Part shown: positions 8,995 to 18,143 of the stretch, one piece after another | How the letters are laid out: each line of letters starts with the position of its first letter | Numbering within the stretch: the first letter of the stretch is position 1 | Source of the DNA: a bacterium | Lineage (GTDB): Bacteria > UBA8248 | DNA: 64,000 nt | Assembly: GCA_965203325.1 (NCBI GenBank) | Contig: OZ241875.1 | Coordinates: forward strand, 3,328,001-3,392,000 | Direction of reading: 5' to 3' | The notes under the pieces: generated by a model | Database searches by the model: none | Told to the model about the DNA's origin: nothing | Seen by the model: only the letters and a program-made list of their open reading frames with translations | Position numbers and translations under genes: made by a program

Positions 8995-9243
8995 ATGTTC
9001 GAGAAGCACGCGAAGAAGGGACGCCTGGTCTACGTGGCCGGCAAGCTGCAGACCCGCCGCTGGAAGAAGGACGAGGAGGACTCGGATCGGTTCTCGACCG
9101 AGATCCTCATCGCCCCGGGCGGGCGCATTCAGTTCCTGGACAAGGTGAACGGGAACGGCAATGGCAACGGTAACGGCAACGGCGCGCACGCCGAGACGAC
9201 GGCGGTGGCGGCAGGCGTAGTCGGGGAAGAGATCCCGTTCTAG
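8995..9243 (+). pseudogene. ssb: 5'-truncated ssb
   Basis: C-terminal 82 aa nearly identical to the 2990-3436 product, with one extra GN unit; N-terminal half replaced by AT-rich DNA. Confidence 0.85.
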
Positions 9244-9249
9244 GCTCAC

Positions 9250-9287
9250 AAGGGGTCGGCGCCTCGCGCGTCGACCCCTTTTTCTTT
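9250..9287 (+). terminator. Intrinsic terminator
   Basis: GGGGTCGGCGC...GCGTCGACCCC followed by TTTTTCTTT. Confidence 0.7.
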
Positions 9288-9582
9288 GCTCCTTATCCAG
9301 AGGAGGTCCGCCCTGTCGGCTCTCTCATCTACCAGGAACACCCGGTAAATCTCCGGTTCCGTGAACGATAAACCATGTTCCCGGAAGATCGGCATGCACC
9401 TGCAATCATCCCGTATTCAGGATAGTGGCTCGGTCCACCCCCCGCTGCGGGAATTTCGGGCCGGAAAAGACGGCCCGAAATGACCCTTTCCGCAGCATGA
9501 GAGATTGTTTCCCGATGAGCTTCGCCTTCATCGTGAAACACCAAAGGCTCTTGTGTCCCGGTGGCGGTACTACCCTCTCTCT

Positions 9583-9771
9583 CTTAGCGTCCTCATTCTA
9601 GCACGCACGGCGCGGGGTCAAGGGTGCTTTTGCAAAAAACGCAAAAGCATCTTTTTTCAGAAAAAATCGGTGAAGCGTGGATTTTTTCCGCTGCGCGCCC
9701 TCCGGGTGAAAAAAGACGGAAAACCGCCCCTGACGCCCACGCCTAGCACGTGCTGAAAATGGGGCGCTAAG
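9583..9771 (-). promoter_or_regulatory. Second long stem-loop, candidate ssDNA promoter
   Basis: Same outer arms as 2391-2619 with a different interior; minus strand has TTGACC-N15-TAGAAT on the distal arm. Confidence 0.6.
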
Positions 9772-9807
9772 AAGCGCATCCGTTAACTCTCTGGAAAGGA
9801 GAAAGGC

Positions 9808-10182
9808 ATGGAAACCACCGTGGTGAACCTGAACGACTATGTTGCTCCCCCGTTCGGCGGCGGCTTGCTGGTCAGGATCGACCGCAGGACGAAGTGGGGA
9901 AACCCCTTCCGGGTCGGCCAGGACGGCTCCCGCAGCGAGGTCATCGAGAAATACCGGCGATGGCTCTGGGAAAGAATCCGGCGTCAGGAGCAGGACCTCT
10001 ACGAACTCGCCGACCTGCAAGGCTGCGAACTCGGCTGCCACTGCCATCCCCTCCCGTGCCACGGCGACGTACTCGCACGCGCCGCCGAGTGGGCCGCCAG
10101 CTATCTCGACCAGATGCCGAAAGAAGTGGGGCGCAACGAGCGTGGCTACGCTCTTCCCGAATTCAACCATCCCCTCGCCTGA
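9808..10182 (+). CDS. DUF4326 domain protein (paralogue)
   Basis: Same motifs as 1980-2354. Confidence 0.9.
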   Translation: METTVVNLNDYVAPPFGGGLLVRIDRRTKWGNPFRVGQDGSRSEVIEKYRRWLWERIRRQEQDLYELADLQGCELGCHCHPLPCHGDVLARAAEWAASYLDQMPKEVGRNERGYALPEFNHPLA

Positions 10183-10203
10183 GGACAACGAAAGGAGTGA
10201 ACG

Positions 10204-11163
10204 ATGACTGCCACCGCAATTCACGACCACAAGGAGATGATCATGCACGAGCACGCAGAGCACGAAGCGCAGAACGAAACCTTCACTGCCATGGTATGCG
10301 AACAGGCCGCCCTGTTCGGCGCCACCCCCGGCCCCGACGAGTTCGACAACCGGCCCGTCTGGGGCGAGGCCGAGGCAACCGCCGCCGTCCTCAAGGCATT
10401 CCACCTGCTCGCCGAGGCAACGCCCGACGGAACCCAACTGGCCGATGAGCGAAGAAACCTCCTGTGGGGCTTCGTCAACACCCTCGACGCCCAGACACAG
10501 CGGCTCGACCGCGCCGCCGACAAGCTCATCCCCGGCATCCGTGAACTGCAGCGCGAGCAGGACGGCTCCGAGATCAGGTCGCGCGAGCTCGAACTCGCGA
10601 CCGACCGGGCCGAGAACCTCACCGCCCGCCGCGACGCCTTCGAGGTGCTGCGCGACACGGCCGCCGAGGCCTACCGCGTCGAGACCGGCGAGGTCTGGCG
10701 GCCACGGCGAGGATCACACGTCTCGCAGACCGGCAAGCTCACGTCGGCGGTGATCGAGGCGCGTGACTTCCAGCGCGCGAAAAAGGACCGCGAGAACACG
10801 GCCCACCTCCCCCAGGGAACGCTCGTCGCCGTCGCGGGAGGCAAGGAAGCCACCGACGCGGGAAAAATCATCGGCCAGCTCGACAAGCTGAAAGCCAAGT
10901 ACGCCGACGTCGTCCTCGTCCACGGCGGCGGCCCCGGTGCGGAGAAGGTTGCAGCCGGCTGGGCCGAACGGAACGGCGTCCACCAGATCGTCTGCAAGCC
11001 CGACTGGGACGCCCACGGCCGGGCCGCTCCTTTCCGGCGCAACGACGAGCTGCTCTCCCTCCTCCCCAAGGGCGTGATCGCGTTCCCCGGCTCGGGCATC
11101 ACCGACAACCTCGTCGACAAGGCTCGAAGCCTCGGCATCCCTGTACAACGCGTGGCCGCCTGA
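10204..11163 (+). CDS. DUF2493 (SLOG/YspA-like) protein (paralogue)
   Basis: Same motifs as 1008-1958. Confidence 0.85.
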   Translation: MTATAIHDHKEMIMHEHAEHEAQNETFTAMVCEQAALFGATPGPDEFDNRPVWGEAEATAAVLKAFHLLAEATPDGTQLADERRNLLWGFVNTLDAQTQRLDRAADKLIPGIRELQREQDGSEIRSRELELATDRAENLTARRDAFEVLRDTAAEAYRVETGEVWRPRRGSHVSQTGKLTSAVIEARDFQRAKKDRENTAHLPQGTLVAVAGGKEATDAGKIIGQLDKLKAKYADVVLVHGGGPGAEKVAAGWAERNGVHQIVCKPDWDAHGRAAPFRRNDELLSLLPKGVIAFPGSGITDNLVDKARSLGIPVQRVAA

Positions 11164-11481
11164 TGTGAACACTCCTCGGGTCGCGTCGCCACCCCGGCGG
11201 CGCGGCCCGTTGCCTCTCTTCTCGATCACTCCACCGCTCCTCTCCTGGTTGCTCCGCTCACCTCCTCCCGCTCAATCGCCGCGGCGGCTCCCGCTCGCCA
11301 TTCTCTCCGGCGTAAATTCCCCCGTCGTTCGTTCCCACGAATTCGGCAATCTGACGCCCTTCGGCGCTTCGGGTTTCACACCGGACGCATCGCTGATGCA
11401 GGTGTCGCGTTGGTGCGACTGCCCGCGATATGCTGTGAAAATTCGCATCCCCGAGTGTTCCTGTCGTGCCGAGAAAAATAA

Positions 11482-11624
11482 TACCAATCTGGTAGCACTC
11501 GAACCTTTTGAAATCATTTCGCTTATAGAATCGCGTATGCTCATGTAATACGGGAAGTTCCTGCAAGATACCAGATTGGTAGTACACGGAGGCGCGCTGC
11601 GCTATGATGGCTACCATTTTGGTA
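11482..11624. promoter_or_regulatory. Three TACCA-N3-TGGTA palindromic operators (candidate oriT/RHH sites)
   Basis: TACCAATCTGGTA 11482, TACCAGATTGGTA 11569, TACCATTTTGGTA 11612; related AACCAGACTGGTA at 545. Confidence 0.6.
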
Positions 11625-11756
11625 GTTCATGAAACGGCATCAAGGGCATCGTTTTTGGGCCCGATGCGGGTGTGTTTGGTGCAGGAAATGAGTATTTTTG
11701 CGGTCGTTTTGCGACCGGTACGGATGAAAATCTTGTTGAGGGGAGCGGCGAAACGG

Positions 11757-12062
11757 ATGGTTCAGACGATACAGAAGAACATCAGGGTCACGCCCGAACA
11801 GTGGAAACGAATTGAAAATGAGGCCGAACAGCGCGAAATGTCGCCCAACCGAATGGTGATAGAGCTCGTGATGGAAGCCCTGGAGCGCCGCGAATGGCCC
11901 CAAACCGAAGCGGAAATCCACCTGCTTCGCTCCGCTATGTTCGTCGCACAGGCCATCATTCGCGACATGGAGAAGGACGGACGAGATGAAGAAATAGAAC
12001 AAATCAGCAGAAACATTTCCGAAGTCGCGCCGGAATTGCCGGGCAAATCGGCACAGAATTGA
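11757..12062 (+). CDS. Ribbon-helix-helix DNA-binding protein
   Basis: KNIRVTPEQWKRIENEAEQREMSPNRMVIELVMEAL; GAGGGGAG upstream of ATG 11757. Confidence 0.65.
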   Translation: MVQTIQKNIRVTPEQWKRIENEAEQREMSPNRMVIELVMEALERREWPQTEAEIHLLRSAMFVAQAIIRDMEKDGRDEEIEQISRNISEVAPELPGKSAQN

Positions 12063-12453
12063 ACCGATTTCGAAAAAATTCACAGGCAATCCAGGCAAGT
12101 TTCGGATGAAAATGGTCGCAATATCAGGCTTAAGGTGGCCCATGCCTGCCCTCTTCAGACCGCACGGATTCTCTGGACGCTAGAGATGGCAAAGTGGGAA
12201 GAGGGAGCAGGACTGATTCGTTTGGGCATCTCCTGCTGTTCGATGTCTCGCTTGCGGCAAGCGCTTTGGAGGGATATTAGATGTAGCCTTCGTCTTTTAC
12301 TGCTCGGACAATGTGTTATTATGCCGCAGGCGAACACTGTTCGGTGTCGTTCCCTATGCGAGCTTATCGGACGATTAATGACTCTTGGTAATTTTGAAGG
12401 CGATTCAGCGAACGTCACTACTAGTTCCAACCGTCAATGAATGAATCTCGAGG

Positions 12454-13419
12454 ATGGGTATAGTCATCGACAGGAAAATTCCGAACAGACTTTATAAGTA
12501 TCGCGATTTTAGCAATCACACCTTGGACATGATCTTAAGCGATAACGTCTACTTCGCGGATCCGATCACTTTCAACGATCCCCTGGATACTAGGCCGTCA
12601 CTGGAGATCGATTTGGATGAAAGTCAACTAGAAGATATCGTGAGGAGACTTGTCGAACGAAGCACTAGGATCCAGATGGAAGCCGCGGCAGATACCATCG
12701 GGTACCATGGCCCCGATACGATGGCTCACATCAAGCGGCAGAGTCGGCGAAAGGCTGATCGGCTTATTGAGGAAATCGATTACCACGCCACGAATCCGTA
12801 TTACGATTCCGAAGATCGAAAACGTTTTCTTTTAGGTCACTACATTGAGAAGGAATTGCTTCGCCAATACGACAAGGGGGTCGTATCGCTTGCTGAGCGG
12901 GTTACGTGCCCCTTGATGTGGAGCCATTATGGCGATCAGCATCGTGGCGTTTGCATCGGGTATTCTGTTCCGCCTAGCGCAGACGATCTTTACAAGGTGA
13001 AGTACGGCGGTAGCAGGCTGATCGAGACGAGCAAGGTAGCCGCCATGCTAAATGGAGATGATACCGCCCGCGTCCAGGTTTACGAAGCTGTACTTTTGCG
13101 GAAAGCCCGTAGTTGGAGCTATGAGCGCGAGTGGCGGCTGATTGGTCGTCGTGGACTTCGAGACTCTCCGCTAGAGATGGAAGAGATTATTTTTGGCATG
13201 AGATGCACGCAGTCGGCAAAATATGCGGTGATGAAGGTAATGCAGAATAGGGAGCGGCCGGTAAAATACTACGAGATGCGTGAGGTTGCGGGAACGTTTC
13301 GTCTGAGAAAATTCGCTTTCAACAAAGATGACCAATTGTGTGTATATTTTCCGAGAAGGGCTCTCACTATAATTGAAGCATTTCAAGATTATACAACTTC
13401 ACCCAAGCAGAAACGTTAG
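12454..13419 (+). CDS. DUF2971 domain protein
   Basis: LYKYR, FNDPLD, LMWSHYGDQHRGVCIGY, K..WSYEREWR. Confidence 0.9.
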   Translation: MGIVIDRKIPNRLYKYRDFSNHTLDMILSDNVYFADPITFNDPLDTRPSLEIDLDESQLEDIVRRLVERSTRIQMEAAADTIGYHGPDTMAHIKRQSRRKADRLIEEIDYHATNPYYDSEDRKRFLLGHYIEKELLRQYDKGVVSLAERVTCPLMWSHYGDQHRGVCIGYSVPPSADDLYKVKYGGSRLIETSKVAAMLNGDDTARVQVYEAVLLRKARSWSYEREWRLIGRRGLRDSPLEMEEIIFGMRCTQSAKYAVMKVMQNRERPVKYYEMREVAGTFRLRKFAFNKDDQLCVYFPRRALTIIEAFQDYTTSPKQKR

Positions 13420-13634
13420 GCCCAGGAAACTAGGGTTTAGGCAGTAAAGGGTAACGGATTCACGTTAGCAAGAGTTTCAAGTGGTCGATCTCGTCCTGAT
13501 ATTGGATTTCAAGTCATATTTCATGTTTGTGGAATAGAAGTTCCGTATTACACATTGATTTATCTGTTAGTTTTTCGATGCACATCTCGGCACGTACTTT
13601 GCGGATCTCCTTCAGTTCGCGGACTGTTGGTCAA

Positions 13635-14096
13635 TCAACTTTTTGACGGTATATCCAAGGTGGTTTCAAATTCTCGGTCGTTCCCACGAATCCAATGTTC
13701 GAGCGCATCGGCTGTCCTATCCACTAAATCCCCTTGCAGCGCACATTCCCAAACCACTGCTACTCGCCAACCACTTTCCAGCAATTTCTTCCGCACATTT
13801 CGGTCACGCTCCATATTAGCACGGAACTTTGCTTGCCAGAATTCCGCTCGGGTAGCGGGATCGGTTGCTCGAGAGCAGCCGCTATGTCGATGCCAGAAAC
13901 AACCATGCACGAAACATACCGCGCGGAAACGATCGAAAGCCATATCTGGCGTGCCAGGAAGTTTGCGAACATGAAGTCGGTATCTGAGACCCCGTCCGTG
14001 AAGCGCACGGCGCAGAACAAGTTCCGGTTTCGTGTCCCGGCTACCGACGCGTGCCATTATGCGAGAACGCGTTGCTCGATCCACTATGTCGGACAT
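13635..14096 (-). CDS. vsr: Very-short-patch repair endonuclease
   Basis: RSRIMARVGSRDTKPE, LPGTPD, FVHGCFWH, VVWEC. Confidence 0.95.
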   Translation of the reverse strand: MSDIVDRATRSRIMARVGSRDTKPELVLRRALHGRGLRYRLHVRKLPGTPDMAFDRFRAVCFVHGCFWHRHSGCSRATDPATRAEFWQAKFRANMERDRNVRKKLLESGWRVAVVWECALQGDLVDRTADALEHWIRGNDREFETTLDIPSKS

Positions 14097-14205
14097 TGTC
14101 AGCCCTGTTCACATCGATGAGTTAGCTTGTGATAAATAAATTGTCCTTCGACCCTAAGTGCAGCCGAAACCGTTCAGGCTAGGCCAAGTCTGCTCACCCA
14201 TTGTC

Positions 14206-14952
14206 TCACTCTCTCCAATAAACCTCCGTTGCGAGGTACTCGTGGATTACAGACTTTACCGACACACTATCGCCCCAGTCTTCGGCCGTATACCGATAAA
14301 CACCATCTTGAACGATGACCCATGACCCAAACATATCTGCCTGACGTGGGTCGACCTGAAAGCGCATCCTCTGGAACATCCGAGTTCCGATCTCCGACCA
14401 TAGTCCTAATTCCGAATATGCGGTTTCAAATTCCTCATATTGCTCTTGGGAAAGGAGTTGTAGTGGAACGGCTATGACCGTTTCTGGTTTCTCTACCAGC
14501 CAGCGATCTAGATCATACGATGCGTGACAACGCGCGTTTTTAACTATCACCCTATTCACTCTCTCTGGTTCCGGCACGAAGGTAATTTCAGATTCACCGA
14601 ACAGTGTCTCGGTCTCTATCCTTGCTTCTTCTATTCGCGCGCGAAGTCCCTGCTGCCGCATGAACGTTTTGGCCATCCCTGCATTCTTCTGCTTTTGTGG
14701 ATCTGTCGACCCGGTCAGCACTGCACTCAAAAGCGCTGCCAAATACTCTTCGTCACGTGAAAAACTTGAATTGCATTCACGACACGCCGCTGTAGTCATT
14801 AACTCTTCTGGGTAGGGTTTCATCAAAAGGGACTTTGAAGGAATGTGTTCTTGCGTAGAATTCGTCTCATCTAGTTTTATTCCACAGTGTACGCAAGTGC
14901 GTTCTGGCCACCTTAGACGCTCGTCTACATAAGACTCTGTAAAGCGTTTCAC
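14206..14952 (-). CDS. HNH endonuclease
   Basis: CVHCG...TQEHIPSK...ACRECNSSF. Confidence 0.8.
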   Translation of the reverse strand: MKRFTESYVDERLRWPERTCVHCGIKLDETNSTQEHIPSKSLLMKPYPEELMTTAACRECNSSFSRDEEYLAALLSAVLTGSTDPQKQKNAGMAKTFMRQQGLRARIEEARIETETLFGESEITFVPEPERVNRVIVKNARCHASYDLDRWLVEKPETVIAVPLQLLSQEQYEEFETAYSELGLWSEIGTRMFQRMRFQVDPRQADMFGSWVIVQDGVYRYTAEDWGDSVSVKSVIHEYLATEVYWRE

Positions 14953-15059
14953 TCACTCCTCCATCTGGACACAGGAGATTTCAACGCCGTAAATTCACCA
15001 GAAGGCCAAGATTGATACGCTGCTGCACTTCGCTATCTTATGAGCATCCTGCAATACCG

Positions 15060-16139
15060 TCACTCATCCCGTACAAACCCGTGTTGAGCAAGGTGAGACG
15101 CTATCGAGCGGCCAATAACTTCGCCGAGCAATACTGGAACCGCGTTCCCAATCATTCGGCCGACCGCCTTGAACTGGACCCGTTTACCTTGCGAAACAAA
15201 TTGATAGTCACTTGGGAATGATTGCAAGATAGCGCCTTCCCGCAATGACAAGGCCCGATCCTGTTCCGGATGACCAAAGCGGCCGTTCCCAAATCCAAAA
15301 AACTGCGTTGTGATTGTGGGTGCCGGTTCGTCGAACTTCATTCTCCCATACACCGACCTATATCCTTTTCCCGTCTTGAGTCGGTGGCATGGCGCTACCA
15401 ACTCCTCGTCCCAATCAGCCCAGCTACCTCCCGGAACCGATGCCCTGATGCGCTTCAAGTTCATGGGTGACAAGCGGCTCGCTCTATGCAAGCCGTCAGT
15501 CTTATCCGTCTCTCCTGCTGCCAAAGGTGGGAGTTTTCCAATTACCTGCTCTACGGTTTGATAGTTTTCCGGGGAATAGGTCGGCTTCTCCAGCTTTATC
15601 CTGCCATGCAAAGACGCCATCACGACTAACCGGGACCGCCGTTGTGGAAGGCCGTATGCTGGAAGGAATGCGATACGGCGGCTAACACTGTATCCTGCCT
15701 TTCTCAACGACGCCAAGAAGCTTCGAAAGACTTTTCCGCCTTGATAGTCCATGAGGCGTGGTACATTTTCCATCGAAACTACATCTGGCTTGATTTCAGT
15801 AACCAATTCGCAGAATCGCCCAATCAGTCGCCAATTTGGGTCATCATTTTTCTGGTTGTACACCGAAAACGGCTGGCAAGGCGTGCATCCCACCAATATT
15901 TTCGGTTGATCGCGCTCGAATAACTCAACCACCTCGCTGGACGAAAGATCGTCGACATCCCGACAAATGAATTTTGTATTGTTATTATGCTCAAAGGGAT
16001 ATTGACATTCGGCATCAACATCCACTCCAGCTACAATCCGAAACCCAGCCCTCGCTAAACCATGCGTCAAGCCACCCGCTCCGCAAAACAGATCCACAAC
16101 CGAGCCAGGTGGCTGCGACTGTGCGTATTGTGTGTGCAT
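15060..16139 (-). CDS. dcm: DNA (cytosine-5) methyltransferase
   Basis: DLFCGAGG, GCTPCQPFS, MENV, QRRSR, LSLREGAILQSFP, IGNAVP. Confidence 0.97.
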   Translation of the reverse strand: MHTQYAQSQPPGSVVDLFCGAGGLTHGLARAGFRIVAGVDVDAECQYPFEHNNNTKFICRDVDDLSSSEVVELFERDQPKILVGCTPCQPFSVYNQKNDDPNWRLIGRFCELVTEIKPDVVSMENVPRLMDYQGGKVFRSFLASLRKAGYSVSRRIAFLPAYGLPQRRSRLVVMASLHGRIKLEKPTYSPENYQTVEQVIGKLPPLAAGETDKTDGLHRASRLSPMNLKRIRASVPGGSWADWDEELVAPCHRLKTGKGYRSVYGRMKFDEPAPTITTQFFGFGNGRFGHPEQDRALSLREGAILQSFPSDYQFVSQGKRVQFKAVGRMIGNAVPVLLGEVIGRSIASHLAQHGFVRDE

Positions 16140-16268
16140 CCTTTTCTGATTTTGGGCCTTAACCAATGTCGTCCTCTGTTAGTTCTAGGCATATCACCCT
16201 ACTCAATCGGTGTTCTCCTGCCTTTCCTGTATTGGCAACTCGCTCATATCTTGTTCTTCGTATTGTGC

Positions 16269-16943
16269 TTAATGGGACAATACCTTATTCAACGCTCCAC
16301 AAAGCATCTTATTATTTCGCATCTGTGCGTCTTCCAACACACGCTCTCGTATTTCTGACAACCCGTTCATCCCATATAGCGATACAATCAGGCACAAAAG
16401 AAGCTCTAGAGACGACTCGGCCGCCAGCGGAAACGTCGGGTATCGTGTTGAAAGTGGCAGAGCGTGCATTATTGGATCATCTCGCGCACCCATCGACCGA
16501 CAGGGTTGAGCATGGCAATAGTCGTGGTTCTCTCCCTCCTCGGGCGTTTCGTATCTAAATCCGACAAATGCGGTGTGCTTACTTTCCGTGCGGGCATCTT
16601 CCGCCTGATAGGTAGGTTTCTGGGACCAAATGCCAAAGTAAAATGCACATTTTGGTAACGCTAAATCAAAATCCCAGCGACACCATAATGCGGCAGCTGC
16701 TGACGTTTCCTTCGTAGGAGGTACAATGTAGATTGCCTGATTCTCCCTAAACTGACCTCTGTTACCTCCGTGAAGAAAATGCCTTTCCAATTCTGTCCGC
16801 TCGATTGGACTGAACTTCCTTGTAGCTTCAATAGTCGCGGCATTAACTGCAGGTGGCCTATCAAGACGTGTCCACTCTGTTCCCTTGCTTTGAAGCAAGC
16901 TTAGAACAAGCCCAACAGCCTTTTGCTCTTCTGTAGCGGGCAA
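16269..16943 (-). CDS. Hypothetical protein in the MORC/Dcm operon
   Basis: Starts 3 nt after the stop of the receiver gene; GFRYETPE..HDYCHAQP motif. Confidence 0.7.
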   Translation of the reverse strand: MPATEEQKAVGLVLSLLQSKGTEWTRLDRPPAVNAATIEATRKFSPIERTELERHFLHGGNRGQFRENQAIYIVPPTKETSAAAALWCRWDFDLALPKCAFYFGIWSQKPTYQAEDARTESKHTAFVGFRYETPEEGENHDYCHAQPCRSMGARDDPIMHALPLSTRYPTFPLAAESSLELLLCLIVSLYGMNGLSEIRERVLEDAQMRNNKMLCGALNKVLSH

Positions 16944-16946
16944 TGA

Positions 16947-18143
16947 TCATCCCCCGAATGCCAAGCGTCTCTGTGGGCCATAATTTATCCCCTCAATATT
17001 TTTCATATACCGCCGATCATGCAAATTATGAAATCCCGCTCTGAAATCAGTTGCCTCTGACCTTTCGGCAAACACCGAGCAATCCTCTAAAAACACAACG
17101 TCTGGGACATTGCTAAAGTCAAAAGCCGCTCTCTGGGTGCTTATTTCTTCGTTTGTTTCCAGCCTCTGATACCAAACCGCCGGCTTCGACAAACAGTCTG
17201 AAGGCTTGAACCAATAATTTTCATCCAAGACGTTATTCAACGGTTTCATGTGGTGTATAGTGTCATTCCAAGCGCCTATGTCCGATACATTTTTCCCCAG
17301 CAAGAACGGGAACCTCTGCAACAAGTGCGGCACATCAATAAGAACATCCTGCGGTCCTAATATCTCTCGCTCCAGTAGCTTCCCAATTCGTGCAGCCACA
17401 AATCGAGCACTGGCCTCTGGCTCACTCTCCAAGAGTGCTTCTGCATCGCGGCCATTTGGTGTCATAGAAAGAAACGATTTAAATGTTATTGTTTCGAGTT
17501 CGTTAAAGTTACTTGCCTTAGGTGCAATAAACTCAAATGCGGTGTCGGATAAGCGGAACACATCTATCACTTCCATGCCCAGCGTTTCAACGATGGAACA
17601 ATCGAAGCCCTTATTCACCATGTTTACCCTGGCCCTTTGGGTCTCCACAGCCTGAGAGAGAGTTTGCCAAGACCAAGGTCTGAATCCCTCCCATGGTGGT
17701 CCTTTCCACAAACTTGGGGTCGCAATCAATTTGTCGTTTATATTCAGATCTGCGTGACTTGTTAAATGACCTCGAAGACTCAGATCAAAATCAGTTCCTC
17801 GATATTGATTGAGAACCACAATTACGGAGCAATAGGAAAACGTGCGTGCAAGTCTCGCTATGCTTTCTCCAGTGTGCTGCGCATTGTTGTCATCGATGTG
17901 TAAAAGATCGTAATCGATAAAAAGAATATCCGCGTCATCGAATAGGCACTTCTCATTTTTGCGCTGCTGTTTTTCCCGTACGGTTCCTCTTCGTTGCAAC
18001 ATTTCCCTTGTGGCGTCACGCACGTCATCGTTGGTTGGTACTGGAAGTAATTTGTACTCTGGAGGTGCGACTTCCTGGATTTTCTCAACCCAGTGTTCCG
18101 CGATTTCTTGTTCATCATCACAGACAAGAACGGAATATGTCAT
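16947..18143 (-). CDS. Response-regulator receiver-like domain with long C-terminal extension
   Basis: SVLVCDDE and ILFIDYDL (acidic pocket and putative phosphoacceptor Asp); ATGA overlap with the upstream gene. Confidence 0.75.
   Translation of the reverse strand: MTYSVLVCDDEQEIAEHWVEKIQEVAPPEYKLLPVPTNDDVRDATREMLQRRGTVREKQQRKNEKCLFDDADILFIDYDLLHIDDNNAQHTGESIARLARTFSYCSVIVVLNQYRGTDFDLSLRGHLTSHADLNINDKLIATPSLWKGPPWEGFRPWSWQTLSQAVETQRARVNMVNKGFDCSIVETLGMEVIDVFRLSDTAFEFIAPKASNFNELETITFKSFLSMTPNGRDAEALLESEPEASARFVAARIGKLLEREILGPQDVLIDVPHLLQRFPFLLGKNVSDIGAWNDTIHHMKPLNNVLDENYWFKPSDCLSKPAVWYQRLETNEEISTQRAAFDFSNVPDVVFLEDCSVFAERSEATDFRAGFHNLHDRRYMKNIEGINYGPQRRLAFGG

Larger units (their letters stand above)
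8994..11385. repeat. Copy B of the inverted duplication
   Basis: Reverse-complement homologue of 718-3233. Confidence 0.95.
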
